A DNA stretch of 32,000 nt from Wolbachia endosymbiont of Litomosoides sigmodontis (GCF_013365435.1 NZ_CP046577.1:990001-1022000), one strand, 5' to 3'; shown: positions 11,130 through 22,013, counted from the stretch's first letter. Notes: generated by a model not told the origin, from the letters alone. Numbers and translations: made by a program.

Positions 11130-12154
11130 TACCAATTTACACTGTACAAGAATGGATAGACAATAATAGAAAAGAAGTCTTACTGAAGCAAGCAAAATAG
11201 CAAAGTTTAAATGACATTGAAATTATTAGATGAAAAAGTCGTAGAACCAGCAAAAGAAATGCTAAAAAAGTACAAATAACACCATATATCGCAAAAAAAC
11301 TAAATACTATAATTGCAGCAAAAAAGCACAGTATAATAGCCATAGCAAAAATATGTTACACTCCAAAAACAGCACTAATTACATGGATAAAGCACCTAAA
11401 ACTTAAAAAAAAGAGAAGAAAATTTATTTATCCCCATCTTCAACGTCGTAGAAAATTAGATTGAATCAGGATTAATTTGAAGTATGGATACAAGAAAATC
11501 TTAACATTATACCACAATATATAAAAAATGAAGTTTTTGTATACTACGCCAAGACCAATTCACAATGAATAAGATAAAGGTAGATATGGAGAGTTAAAAA
11601 AAACTTAATGAGAGATTATTTTGTAAATATCTTGAATAAGAGTTATTCATCTTTGATGAATCGTGGTTTGCACACATTCGAAAGTTGGACACTGGTGATT
11701 AAAAAAGGACATTAGAGCACAGATTAAAGTAAAATTATGTAGACAAAATTTTTATCCCTAAAGTGCAATTAAATCCTAGAAATGGAAGAGAGTACCAGCT
11801 TATTCTTACCGGACTGTCAACACTAATTGTATGAATATATCTCTTGAACAAATGTCACAATATTTAAGACAAGAGAAGCCTTCCTTGTCATGGTGGTGCT
11901 AGTGGGCATAAGTCAGAAAATTTAAAGGTACCAAAAATATCGAGATTATATACCTATCACCAGACTTACCATAGCTCAATCTTATTGAGAGATTTTAGTT
12001 ATATATAAAATAGAACATTTTGCGTAATAAAGTCTATAATATAATTACTTTGTTTGAGAGCGCTTCGCGCAAATTTATCAACTCTCTTTATTCACTCCGC
12101 AATTAAACAACTCTATTGTGTCACTTATTTAACGCATTAACAATGAGAATTGGC
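11130..12154 (+). mobile_element. Degenerate IS630-family insertion sequence, copy C (transposase pseudogene)
   Basis: It is collinear with copies A and F, running from the left terminus (TA|CCAATTTACAC) to the right terminus (..CATTAACAATGAGAATTGG). Broken frames still read ...KFLYTTPRPIHNE.., IFDESWFAHIRKL.. and AFLVM..., with many stops and frameshifts. Confidence 0.85.
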
Positions 12155-12721
12155 ACAATAGCTTTATGATTTAGGCTTTTGTAAAGTTTGAAAAATCCAC
12201 CTCTATTTACCGATAATTGTTGTATCTGTTTATATAGAAGTCTCTTTTTGTTCACTTTACTCAAAATTTTTACCTTCTACCATAGGCTTTTTCAGAGCTT
12301 CTTAGAATTTTTATCACTTCTCGTCCTACAACTATATTAGTGGTTAAGCTCAGCAATTTTCTCAAAATTTTGATGTACTTTTTCAGTGCGAGCTCTTTCA
12401 ATTTTCAAGCTTCTTATTCAATTTAGTAATGGTCTGTACTTTATCCTTTAATGAAGCTCCTTTTGAAAAAGGACCTGAAAAACGCTCAAAAAATATCTTT
12501 AAATTTTCTTTCGATACCTCTTTAAGATGAGTTTTTGAGCTTAATTATACACCTACTTAATAATAAAACATATAAAAACTAGTATAATAACCCATTATAT
12601 AAAACAATTAACACAATTTGCAATAAGGAGTGCCTCTTTCAATCACCAAGAGCATCATATTTACATCTCTTCCATTAAAATGTTATTTACTTACTAAGTT
12701 GAAACACGTAACAATGTAGAA

Positions 12722-13366
12722 ATGAAGAATAGCCCATTAGCAGTGGTATTCGATTGGGATAATACCTTAGTTGATACCCGAGACAATATTTTTAATGCCA
12801 TCCAGCATACTTTAGACTCAATGGGACATAGTAATAAAGCTGCTGATAGAAAAAATTATTATGAGTCAAGAAAAAGCTATATGGTCAATTTATTTGGCAA
12901 TCAATGGAAAAAAGCAAATCAGATATACCAACAATACCTAGATAACGCACTGTTGCAAAACATTACTCTAAACCAAGGAGTAGAGAAAATGTTGCAGACA
13001 TTAAAAAGCCACAATATTTATCTAGCAATAGTAAGTAACAAAAAAAATACTAATTTACGTGAAGAAGTTACCTATTTCAAACTAGATTCTTACTTTGAAA
13101 AAGTGGTTGGTTCATGCGATACTGCAGAAGATAAACCATCTGCAACCCCATTATTGTTTGCACTGGAAGAGAGCGCATTGCCTATAGATAGAGGAAACGT
13201 GTTTTTTGTTGGAGACAGCATCACGGATATTCTGTGTGCACAAAATGCCAGTTGCTTACCTATTATATACGGCCAACCAATAAGTGGCTACGAAGATTTG
13301 TTATGTTTTCAACATTTTAACAGACTTACAGATTTCATAATAAAGTATTTGAAAGATAGACAATGA
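12722..13366 (+). CDS. HAD-superfamily hydrolase (phosphoglycolate phosphatase-like)
   Basis: It has the DxDxT nucleophile motif (VVFDWDNTLVDT), VSNK, and GDSITD (motif IV). The stop overlaps the next start (ATGA at 13363-13366). Confidence 0.85.
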   Translation: MKNSPLAVVFDWDNTLVDTRDNIFNAIQHTLDSMGHSNKAADRKNYYESRKSYMVNLFGNQWKKANQIYQQYLDNALLQNITLNQGVEKMLQTLKSHNIYLAIVSNKKNTNLREEVTYFKLDSYFEKVVGSCDTAEDKPSATPLLFALEESALPIDRGNVFFVGDSITDILCAQNASCLPIIYGQPISGYEDLLCFQHFNRLTDFIIKYLKDRQ

Positions 13367-13857
13367 ACACTGTAACAGAGATTACCAGTATAAAAAGGCG
13401 CCTTTGCGCGTATTTAATAGATATAGCAATCTTATTAATTCCAAATTTATTAATTATACTGTTGTTGAAGAATTTTCCATTAATTTTAGATCTATCATAT
13501 ATGTGTGTAAATTGTAGTTACTTCACATATTTTATATCTTCAGCAGCTCAGGCAACCCCAGGTCAGCAGTTAATGAACATACATACCATAAGCCTAGACG
13601 GTTCCAAAATAGGCTTGAGTTTAGCATTTGATAGAAGCATCTCTCAATTTTTTCTTCATCTATTAAACAACATAATATCTATCCTCATCGAGTTTTTCCA
13701 AGAGCAAAACACGTTAGTAAGTGCCTTAATCGTGCTGGGAGTAATTACGTTGCTGCTCACTTTCTTCTGGTATTTGATTGCTTGCTTCTCTCAGAAAAAG
13801 CAAACATATCACGACATGCTATTTAATACGATTGTTGTAAAAGGAGTCATCAAATGA
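13363..13857 (+). CDS. RDD-family small membrane protein
   Basis: RRLCAYLIDIAILLIP near the N-terminus and the C-terminal ..TYHDMLFNTIVVK match the RDD-domain pattern as I recall it. Several TM segments are present. A 4-nt overlap with the upstream HAD gene suggests translational coupling. Confidence 0.65.
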   Translation: MNTVTEITSIKRRLCAYLIDIAILLIPNLLIILLLKNFPLILDLSYMCVNCSYFTYFISSAAQATPGQQLMNIHTISLDGSKIGLSLAFDRSISQFFLHLLNNIISILIEFFQEQNTLVSALIVLGVITLLLTFFWYLIACFSQKKQTYHDMLFNTIVVKGVIK

Positions 13858-14040
13858 ATTGATATCATCCTCGTTGTTATATAGATAATATCGATAAATT
13901 AACTATAGGAAGATTATCAATAAAGAGATGGTAAAGCATTTGAACAAATTACTAATCGGTAAATTGACTTCTGCGTACCAATGTCTTCTGTGTTCTTTAA
14001 CCATCAAAGAAAATGGAATCAATAAATTTGCAAGATAAAG

Positions 14041-14283
14041 ATGAAAAACAAACTTAATGAGAAACTTGAGCATGAAAATAAGCAAATAGAAAGAATTCTA
14101 CTGCTTAAAGGTATCCCAAACTTTCAAGATACAAATGAGATCTTAAAGTATAAGGAAAAATTCATAAAAGATATAATACGGAAAATTTTAGAAAGAGACT
14201 TGAAATTAGAAGAAATAAAAAACTACAATAAGGCAATTTCTATACCTGAAAAAGAAAAGGATTTTGTCAGCGCAACTTATTAG
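14041..14283 (+). CDS. Hypothetical small Lys/Glu-rich protein, possibly a fragment of a decayed gene
   Basis: This is an 80-codon ORF with no recognisable motif. Neighbouring sequence (13928-14038 and 14284-14365) carries further short ORF pieces in other frames. Confidence 0.25.
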   Translation: MKNKLNEKLEHENKQIERILLLKGIPNFQDTNEILKYKEKFIKDIIRKILERDLKLEEIKNYNKAISIPEKEKDFVSATY

Positions 14284-14395
14284 GAGAGCTATTAGAAAAT
14301 GAGGAAGAGTACAATTATTGAATTGAAAGAGCAAGATTACAACCTCATTGAGGTTATAGTGTTGAGAATTATTTAAGAATGCAAAAAAATATAAA

Positions 14396-15016
14396 GTGTT
14401 AAAAAAAACAATATTTATTTTAATTATACCTTGCTTACTTCTTTTTTTATTAGGGTTGTGGCAGTTATTTAGGCTGAACTGGAAGAGTAATATTATCCAA
14501 AATATGAACCTCCCAGCTGTTCATTTATTGCCTAATAATGATCTTGCTCGATTTAATTACAGGCATGTTAAAATCGATGGAATTTTAAGTGATATAGAAC
14601 TATATGTTTTTGCAGGACAGCGCGGTTATTATACACTGTCTCCCATGCTACTCACTACTGGACGTTATATGCTAGTGAATAAAGGGATAATCAGAGAAAA
14701 AAAAGAGGAAAAAGCAAAAGTCGTAAAAGTAGCTGCTGATGGTATTTTGTACTGCGATAGCAGTAAAAGCAAAAGTTGGTTAATCAAGAATAATATTACT
14801 TTGAATACGTGGGTTACCCTTAATACAAAAGAAATATCCAATGAATTAGGTATTAAGCTAGAAAAATGTATTCTGTGGCAGAAAGGTTTTGGCGGGAAAT
14901 TAGCTATACAGCCAATGAAACATCTGGAGTATGCAATAACTTGGTTTACGCTTTCTTTGACTTGGTTAATTATGTGTATAGCTTATTATAGACAAAACAA
15001 ATGCCACCTAAAATAG
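14396..15016 (+). CDS. SURF1-family cytochrome oxidase assembly protein
   Basis: An N-terminal TM is followed by GLWQLFRLNWK (the SURF1/Shy1 G.WQ..R..WK signature). The C-terminus has HLEYAITWF plus a second TM. The GTG start is the first start codon after the in-frame stop at 14363-14365. Confidence 0.75.
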   Translation: MLKKTIFILIIPCLLLFLLGLWQLFRLNWKSNIIQNMNLPAVHLLPNNDLARFNYRHVKIDGILSDIELYVFAGQRGYYTLSPMLLTTGRYMLVNKGIIREKKEEKAKVVKVAADGILYCDSSKSKSWLIKNNITLNTWVTLNTKEISNELGIKLEKCILWQKGFGGKLAIQPMKHLEYAITWFTLSLTWLIMCIAYYRQNKCHLK

Positions 15017-15067
15017 GTGAGCTTACCCAATTACAAATTGAGATAACAGAGGAGAGTTTAAAAAACG

Positions 15068-16786
15068 CTATTCATCCATATCATTGCTAATGTCCTTTAT
15101 CATACTATAGTTACCTTTCCTAAACTTACTCTTTAAAAATGCAACTCCACTTTCGCTAATTCCACTTAAGCTCAACGCTGCTCCACCTAATTGCAAACCC
15201 ATCTCGGATGTCTCTGGAATGATTTTGCTAGCTCCAAGAGCTTTATATACTTCTACATTACTTAGATCTGGTAAACGTATTATAATATTTACATGTGGAA
15301 AATTTGTTGCAACCAGAGAAATAATCTTCTTTATAGTAACTTCGTTCTTTATTGAGATCACAAGAGCTTGGGCTCTTTCTATTCCTACTGATTTTAAAAT
15401 TTCATATCTCGTAGCATCTCCAAGATATATAGGAAAGCTGTCACTTTTCCCTTCCTTAACTATTTTTGATTGAATATCTACAACAACATAACTTAAATGC
15501 TCTGCAGTAAGCATTTTTGTTACCATATATCCTACTCTACCAAATCCAGCAACTATTACATGGTTATAAAGATCTTGTGTATCTGTCTCAACAGCTTCAT
15601 CATCTAGCATTACTTTTTCAGTGCTAAATGAACTTACTATCCAATCTCCAAGTCCAGATAAAAGAGGAGTAAAAGCCATAGTTACTGTGGTCACCATCAT
15701 AAGCACTTGAGCAATTTCACTTGGTAGCACATTCAATTCATCTGCTAAACGAAATAGAATAAATGCGAACTCACCTCCTTGTGCAAGCAGTAGCCCAGCT
15801 TGTATAGCAGGAGCACACTTAAACCCAAAAAATCTACACAATATATATATGATAGATGTTTTTAAAACTATCAAAATAATCGACAATAAAGTAATTAGTG
15901 GCAACTTATTGAGTAAAAGATCTATGTTGATAGACATGCCAACAGTCATAAAAAATAAGCCGAGTAGCAAATCCTTAAATGGCAACACCGCATGTTCTAC
16001 TGAGTGTCTATGTTCTGTTTCCGCAACTAACAATCCAGCAACAAATGCACCTAATGCCATCGATAAACGAAATTGCTCAGTAATAAATGCTGCTCCTAAT
16101 ATTATTAAAAGTGTAGTTGATATAAAGACCTCATTACTTTCCATTCTAGCAATAATCGAAAATAAAGGTCTAAGTAACAACCTACCAGTTATAAATATCA
16201 TTACTAATGCAATAGCTGCTTGTAACAATGAACCTGTTAATGAACTTATCAGACTGTTCTCAGAGTTACCAGTAAGTAGAGGCACTAATACTATTAACGG
16301 CACCACTGCGAAATCTTGCATTAATAGCACTGCTATTGATAACCTACCAACCTGACTTGCTTGAGAACCTTTTTCTTGCAAAACCTGTAACACTATTGCT
16401 GTTGAAGACAATGCAAGTCCGCCACCAATAACTGCTGCCATATTTGTATTCACTCCAAAAGCAAGAGCAATGCACCATATCGCTACCATAGTGACTATAA
16501 CTTGAAGGGAACCAAACCCAAATACATGAATGCGCATAGCAATAAGGCGTTCAAATGTCAACTCAAGACCTATAATGAACAACAGAAATACCACGCCAAA
16601 TTCTGCAAAGTTATCCATTGCTTTGGCTGAATGTATTAGATTAAATCCATGAGAGCCAATCAACGCACCTGCAACAAAGTAACCTAGCACTGGACTGATA
16701 TTCATTTTCCAAAACGCTATGACTATAAAGACAGCAGCGGAAAGTAAAATTATAATATCAAACAAATGTTGAGAACCGCTGTGCAT
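15068..16786 (-). CDS. kefB: Monovalent cation:proton antiporter-2 (CPA2) family K+ efflux protein with a C-terminal RCK/TrkA-N domain (KefB-like)
   Basis: The ORF has 572 codons. A polytopic Na+/H+-exchanger-type membrane domain is followed by the Rossmann motif VIVAGFGRVGYMV. It lies 5 nt downstream of the thioredoxin-fold gene on the same strand. Confidence 0.88.
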   Translation of the reverse strand: MHSGSQHLFDIIILLSAAVFIVIAFWKMNISPVLGYFVAGALIGSHGFNLIHSAKAMDNFAEFGVVFLLFIIGLELTFERLIAMRIHVFGFGSLQVIVTMVAIWCIALAFGVNTNMAAVIGGGLALSSTAIVLQVLQEKGSQASQVGRLSIAVLLMQDFAVVPLIVLVPLLTGNSENSLISSLTGSLLQAAIALVMIFITGRLLLRPLFSIIARMESNEVFISTTLLIILGAAFITEQFRLSMALGAFVAGLLVAETEHRHSVEHAVLPFKDLLLGLFFMTVGMSINIDLLLNKLPLITLLSIILIVLKTSIIYILCRFFGFKCAPAIQAGLLLAQGGEFAFILFRLADELNVLPSEIAQVLMMVTTVTMAFTPLLSGLGDWIVSSFSTEKVMLDDEAVETDTQDLYNHVIVAGFGRVGYMVTKMLTAEHLSYVVVDIQSKIVKEGKSDSFPIYLGDATRYEILKSVGIERAQALVISIKNEVTIKKIISLVATNFPHVNIIIRLPDLSNVEVYKALGASKIIPETSEMGLQLGGAALSLSGISESGVAFLKSKFRKGNYSMIKDISNDMDE

Positions 16787-16791
16787 GATAT

Positions 16792-17364
16792 TTAACTTGT
16801 AGAATTAGACCATTTTATTGAGCAACCAATACTTGATTTTTGATCAACAGGAGGATTACCAGTTTCTGCAATAAATTTCATAGCTTGAAATAAATCACTA
16901 CTCCCTATTTCATAGTTTTGTATTTTTTCTTTTTTTGCACTGTTAAAACGTCCACGATAGCAAAGATTTAAATTAGCATTAAAGCCAAAAAAATCAGGAG
17001 TACAAACAGCACCATACTCTTTAGCTACTTCCTGTTTGCTGTCAAGCAAATACGGAAATGTAAACTTATTTTCCTTGGCAAAATCAATCATATTTTTAAA
17101 GGAATCCTCCGAGGACTCATTTACATCATTTGGCATTATTGCAATGACATTTATTTGATAATCTCTTTTTAACAAATTAACATCACTCACTAGGTTAGTA
17201 ATAATTGACTGAACGTAAGGACAGTGATTGCATATAAACATTACAATAAAACCATTTTTTCCATAACAATCACTTAATGTATAGTATTTGTTATCCACCC
17301 CAAGAAGATTAAAATCCTTTGCAGTAAAATTAAAATCTACCTTAGGAGTATTTAAAGCAATCAT
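16792..17364 (-). CDS. Thioredoxin-fold (AhpC/TSA-like) thiol-disulfide oxidoreductase family protein
   Basis: This is a 190-codon ORF with the redox-type motif FICNHCPYV in a thioredoxin-like context (..GFIVMFICNHCPYV..). Its spacing to kefB is operon-like. Confidence 0.75.
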   Translation of the reverse strand: MIALNTPKVDFNFTAKDFNLLGVDNKYYTLSDCYGKNGFIVMFICNHCPYVQSIITNLVSDVNLLKRDYQINVIAIMPNDVNESSEDSFKNMIDFAKENKFTFPYLLDSKQEVAKEYGAVCTPDFFGFNANLNLCYRGRFNSAKKEKIQNYEIGSSDLFQAMKFIAETGNPPVDQKSSIGCSIKWSNSTS

Positions 17365-17473
17365 AGCTTAGAGAGCATTACAACCTATAACTTATAGTCT
17401 TATTACTCAAATGTCAAATAGTTCTTATACATAACTATATGCATATCATTTTCTAGTATTATAATCAAAATTT

Positions 17474-18076
17474 ATGTTCATAACTTTTGAAGGAATAGAT
17501 GGCTCTGGTAAGACAACACAGTCTGAATTGCTTGCAAATTATCTCAAGCAAATTCGCGGTGAAAATAATGTGATATTGACTCGAGAACCAGGTGGCACTA
17601 ACTTTGCAGAAAAGATAAGAGGAATACTGCTTAAGAACAGCATTGATCCTATCTCTGAACTTTTGCTGCTCATCTCAATGAGATATGAGCATGTTAAAAA
17701 AGTAATATTACCAGCTCTAAAAGAAGGAAAGATAGTGATTTGTGATCGATTTATCGATTCAACTATTGCATATCAAGGATACGGACTTGGTATTGACCTA
17801 GAGCTAATACAAGACCTACACAAATTAGTAAAAATTAAACGCCCAAATGTCACATTTATCCTAGACATTGATGTTCAAATTGGGCTAAATAGAGCAAAAG
17901 ATAAAAACAAATATGAAAAAATGAACACTAGTTTTTACTATAAGGTTCAAAAAGGATTTCAAGAGATAGCTATAAAGGAGCCTGACAGATGCAGTATTAT
18001 AACTGAAATTAAAGCTAAAGATAACAATCAAGTTCATGTTGAAATTATTAATAAAATCACTAGTACTATGCAATAA
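17474..18076 (+). CDS. tmk: Thymidylate kinase
   Basis: It has the P-loop in MFITFEGIDGSGKTTQ, plus REPGGT and DRFIDSTIAYQG. Confidence 0.95.
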   Translation: MFITFEGIDGSGKTTQSELLANYLKQIRGENNVILTREPGGTNFAEKIRGILLKNSIDPISELLLLISMRYEHVKKVILPALKEGKIVICDRFIDSTIAYQGYGLGIDLELIQDLHKLVKIKRPNVTFILDIDVQIGLNRAKDKNKYEKMNTSFYYKVQKGFQEIAIKEPDRCSIITEIKAKDNNQVHVEIINKITSTMQ

Positions 18077-18282
18077 AGCCAGCTTTGCTAAAAAATGAAA
18101 AGTAAAAGGTTAATTTCAACACTATTTATAAAAAATAATCCACTGCCTACACTTAAGTTATTCTCCGCATTTAAGCTTTCTCTAATTTGCCCTTCTTCTT
18201 TATCTTTTCCTTAGTAGTGCTGTTTCAAACTTTAAACTTCTAACAATCGTACTAAAATATCTATATCAGATACGTATATTTA

Positions 18283-18730
18283 TACCGATGCTCATTGATT
18301 AATAGGTCAAATAAGTAAAATTGCAGAGTTGTTTTATTCTGAGTAAAATATAGAGAGTTAATGAATTTGTACAAAGGCTCTCAAGCAAAGTAATTGTATT
18401 TATAGACCCTATTACAAACATAGTTCTGTTTTATATATAATTAAAATTTCTCAATAAGATTAAGTTTAGGCAAGTTTAGTAATAGGTATGCAACCTCGAT
18501 ATTTTTAGGTATTTTAAATTTTTTAACCTATGTCAACTAACATAATCCATAATAAGAAAGCTTCTCTTTTATTCTTAAGTATTACAACATTTATTCAAGA
18601 ATATATTCATGCAATCAGTATTGACCACATTTCAGTACAAACAAGCTAGAACTCTCTTCATTTTTAGGATTGATTACACTTGTGGAGATAAAAATTGCAT
18701 CTACCTAATTTTACTTTAACCTATATTCTA
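18283..18730 (-). repeat. Inverted partial copy (3' ~450 bp) of the IS630-like element, fused to the left end of copy D
   Basis: This is the reverse complement of about 19222-19667. It shares copy-specific strings with its partner, for example TTCTTAAGTATTACAACATTTATTCAAGAATATATTCATGCAATCAGTATTGACCACA on both arms. The outer end is TA|CCGATGCTCATTGATTAATAGGTC. The inner end ..CCTAATTTTACTTTAACCTATATTCTA runs into the left terminus TATCAATTCTCAC. Confidence 0.85.
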
Positions 18731-19667
18731 GTATCAATTCTCACTAGATAACGCATATGTTGCAAAAAAACTAAATGCTGTAATTGCAGCAAAAAAGCGC
18801 ATTATAACAGCTATAGCAAAAATATATTACATTTTAAAAATAGCACTAACCGCATAGATAAATTACTAAAATTCGAAAGAGAAGAAAATTTGTTTACTTT
18901 TCACTCTCTCCAATTTCGTAGAAAATTAGATTAATCAGAATCAATTTGAAGTATGGATACAAGAAAACTATAATATTACCCTTAAAGAAATGAGAATAAA
19001 AATCAAGGGGGAAATTTAGCTTGAATTCTAGCAAGTCTGAGGTTTTCATATACACGCCAAGACCAACTTGCAATGAACAAAATATAAAGTAGATAAGAAG
19101 AGTTTAAAAAACTTAATTAGATTATTGATAACACCATAAATAAGAGTTATTCATCTTTGATGAATCGAAGTTGGCACATATTCGAAAATTGGACACAGGT
19201 ATTTAAAAAGGGCGTTAGAGCCAAGTTAAAGTAAAATTAGGTAGACACGATTTTTATCTCCACAGTGTAATTAATCTTAAAAATGGAGAGAGTTTTAGCT
19301 TATTTGTACCGAAATGTGTGGTCAATACTGATTGCATGAATATATTCTTGAATAAATGTTGTAATACTTAAGAACAAGAGAGGCTTTTCTCGTTATGGAT
19401 TATGTTAATTGACATAGGTCAAAAAATTTAAAGCACCTAAAAATATTGAAATTGTATACCTATTACCAAACTTGCACGAGCTTAATCTTATTGAGGACTT
19501 TAGTTATATATAAAACAGAACATTTTTCGTAATAAAGTCTATAAATACAATTGCTTTGCTCGAGAGCACTTTGTATAAAGTGTGCAAATTCATTAACTCT
19601 CTTTTTTACTTAAAATAAAACAGCTCTGCAATTTCACTTATTTAACCCACTAATAATGAAAATCAGT
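18731..19667 (+). mobile_element. Degenerate IS630-family insertion sequence, copy D (5' internal deletion, transposase pseudogene)
   Basis: The left terminus TATCAATTCTCACTAGA is joined directly to ..TAACGCATATGTTGCAAAAAAACTAAATGCTG, so roughly the first 130 bp of coding sequence seen in copy F are missing. The right terminus is ..CCACTAATAATGAAAATCAG|TA. Many stops are present. Confidence 0.85.
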
Positions 19668-20171
19668 ATAAGTAGCCAAAACTTCTCATATTTGCAGCAA
19701 AAAGTAGACTATAGTTCAGCTTACGCTCATCCAGGTAATACAACTTTTCTGTCGTATTTCTACGATCATTTCAAAAACCCATTGCAATTTTATAATTAGT
19801 ATCTTCAGATCTTAGTTTTTATTTACCTATGCTGGCAAGAAACTAACTATAATATCTATCACTCAAGTAAAATCCTTTTGCTTTGCTTGTTCAAACCGTT
19901 GTGACAACAATAAAGTAAGGATTGTTATTACTAAATGTTTTTATTAATTATTAATATCTAATTATTAAATAAGTAACATCTATCTTGTTATTAGCTAAAC
20001 AAATAAGAAATTCGCAAAATTACTTAAAACTGTAGCTACAGACAATAAAATAATTTATTTCTTCATTTTTAGAAGTCGGTATTAGCCTAACATTTGATTA
20101 ATTAAAAATTGTTTAATATAATCAGCATGGAAAAGAGTAGAAAAATAGAAGGTATGCTGTAGAGAACACAT

Positions 20172-22001
20172 TTAGAGAGAAGATTTTCTTACTTTTTCTT
20201 TACTTCCGTTGTCATTCCTAACAATCTTTTTCCCGCTTAGTACATCTTTGATTTCATCCCCTGTTAAAGTCTCAAACTCTAACAAGTTTTCAGCAACAAG
20301 TTCCAGATCTTTGCAACGTTTAGTTAAGATATCCTTTGCCTTTTCATAACATGAAGATATAACCCGTTTTATTTCTTCATCTATAAGTTTCAAAGTGTCC
20401 TCAGAAATTATTTCAGAACCATGTACATTTTGCTCACAATTGTGATATATCGGTCCTATTTTGTCGCTCATGCCCCATTTCATTACCATAGCACGTGATA
20501 AATCAGACGCTTGTTTTATATCTGAAGATGCACCACTTGTAATTTTATCATAACCAAAAATTAGCTCTTCTGCTACTCTTCCACCCATGGCAACAGTTAT
20601 ATCTGCTATCATTTTTTCTCTTGTATGTGACACCCTATCTGTTTCCGGCAACCTCATAACTAAGCCTAGAGCTCTACCTCTTGGAATAATAGTCGCCTTG
20701 TGTATTGGATCTGAGGCAGGCATGTTAACAGCAACTATTGCATGACCAGCTTCATGGTATGCAGTAAGCTTTTTCTCCTCTTCTGTCATCATTAGAGACC
20801 GTCTTTCCACACCCATCATCACTTTATCACGTGCATATTCAAAGTCATCCATAGTAACAATCTTCTTATTTCTTCTCGCAGCGATAAGCGCAGATTCATT
20901 CACTAAATTTGCTAGATCAGCTCCAGAAAACCCAGGTGTTCCTCTTGCAACTATTTTCACATTTACATCTGGTGCTATTGATATTTTCTTTATATGCGTA
21001 TTTAATATCCTTTCACGCCCATTTATATCGGGCAAAGAAATAGTAATCTGTCGATCAAAACGACCAGGCCTAAGCAGTGCTGGATCTAAAACATCCGGAC
21101 GGTTAGTCGCAGCAACTATTATCACACCCTCATTAGACTCAAAGCCATCCATCTCAACTAATAACTGATTTAATGTTTGCTCTCTCTCGTCATTACCACC
21201 ACCAAGACCAATGCCACGATGTCTACCTACTGCATCTATTTCATCTATAAAAATTATACAAGGAGCATTTTTTTTACCCTGATCGAACATATCACGGACA
21301 CGACTTGCACCAACACCAACAAACATCTCGACAAAATCAGATCCAGAAATGCTAAAAAACGGCACATTGGCTTCACCTGCAATTGCACGAGCAAGGAGAG
21401 TTTTACCAGTACCAGGAGAGCCAATCAAAAGACACCCTTTTGGTATTTTTCCACCTAATACTTGAAATTTTTGCCTCTGTTTAAGAAAGTCAACAATTTC
21501 TACTAACTCTTCTTTTGCTTCGTCAATCCCAGCAACATCATCAAATGTCACTTTTTTTCCACTAGTCATGAGCCTAGCTTTTGATTTGCCAAAGCTTATA
21601 GTTCTGTTACCTCCTGCTTGCGTTTGTTTTAAAAGAAACAGCAATAAGCCAATAAAGATAAACGTTGGAATCCATTGGATAAGTAACCCACCAATTATGC
21701 TCATTGCAGAATCTCCAGTAGAAAAGGAGAATTTCACTTTTTTGTCATGTAAGCTTTTTATTAAGTCATTATATATAATACCACTTGAATTAAAGCTTGA
21801 TCCGTCTCTAAACTTACCTTCAATGCTCTGGTTCTTTATAACAATTTTTTCTACATCATTATCTTCTAGTTTGGTTAAAAATTCTGAAAAAGGTATGGTT
21901 ATTTTACTTTTACCTATATTCCCGCTAAACTGAATATAAGCAACAGAAACAAGCACAATAATTATTAACCAAATCAATAAGCCTTCCAAAAATTTTTTCA
22001 T
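20172..22001 (-). CDS. ftsH: ATP-dependent zinc metalloprotease FtsH
   Basis: It has two N-terminal TM segments, Walker A GSPGTGKT, Walker [10 protein letters not shown], and the protease zinc motif HEAGHA. Confidence 0.97.
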   Translation of the reverse strand: MKKFLEGLLIWLIIIVLVSVAYIQFSGNIGKSKITIPFSEFLTKLEDNDVEKIVIKNQSIEGKFRDGSSFNSSGIIYNDLIKSLHDKKVKFSFSTGDSAMSIIGGLLIQWIPTFIFIGLLLFLLKQTQAGGNRTISFGKSKARLMTSGKKVTFDDVAGIDEAKEELVEIVDFLKQRQKFQVLGGKIPKGCLLIGSPGTGKTLLARAIAGEANVPFFSISGSDFVEMFVGVGASRVRDMFDQGKKNAPCIIFIDEIDAVGRHRGIGLGGGNDEREQTLNQLLVEMDGFESNEGVIIVAATNRPDVLDPALLRPGRFDRQITISLPDINGRERILNTHIKKISIAPDVNVKIVARGTPGFSGADLANLVNESALIAARRNKKIVTMDDFEYARDKVMMGVERRSLMMTEEEKKLTAYHEAGHAIVAVNMPASDPIHKATIIPRGRALGLVMRLPETDRVSHTREKMIADITVAMGGRVAEELIFGYDKITSGASSDIKQASDLSRAMVMKWGMSDKIGPIYHNCEQNVHGSEIISEDTLKLIDEEIKRVISSCYEKAKDILTKRCKDLELVAENLLEFETLTGDEIKDVLSGKKIVRNDNGSKEKVRKSSL

Positions 22002-22013
22002 TGTTACTTCTAA

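Noticed and set aside
15849-16355. 168-codon plus-strand ORF (and the 84-codon ORF at 15219-15473) inside the kefB-like gene
   Set aside because: Both are antisense shadow ORFs within a well-supported 572-codon CPA2 gene. They have a low-complexity Asn/Ile/Ser-rich composition and no motif.
17885-18073. Short antisense ORFs in tmk (17885-18073), pal (23720-23926), the M32 gene (25097-25297), mreB (25867-26205) and at 13903-14085
   Set aside because: These are shadow ORFs opposite well-supported genes or in AT-rich spacer. Each is below 115 codons with no signature.
18133-18153. Shared short string AATAATCCACT..ACACT at 18133-18153 and 3023-3040 as a possible second repeat family
   Set aside because: The similarity does not extend beyond about 20 nt on either side, which is compatible with chance in AT-rich DNA.
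20030-20041. 12 bp palindrome CTGTAGCTACAG about 130 nt downstream of the ftsH stop
   Set aside because: It is too short and loop-less to be a credible terminator hairpin, no T-run is adjacent, and a palindrome of this length is plausible by chance.
21177-21933. Plus-strand ORFs 21177-21458 and 21568-21933 opposite ftsH
   Set aside because: They are antisense to a full-length FtsH with all motifs. These are typical shadow frames in AT-rich DNA.
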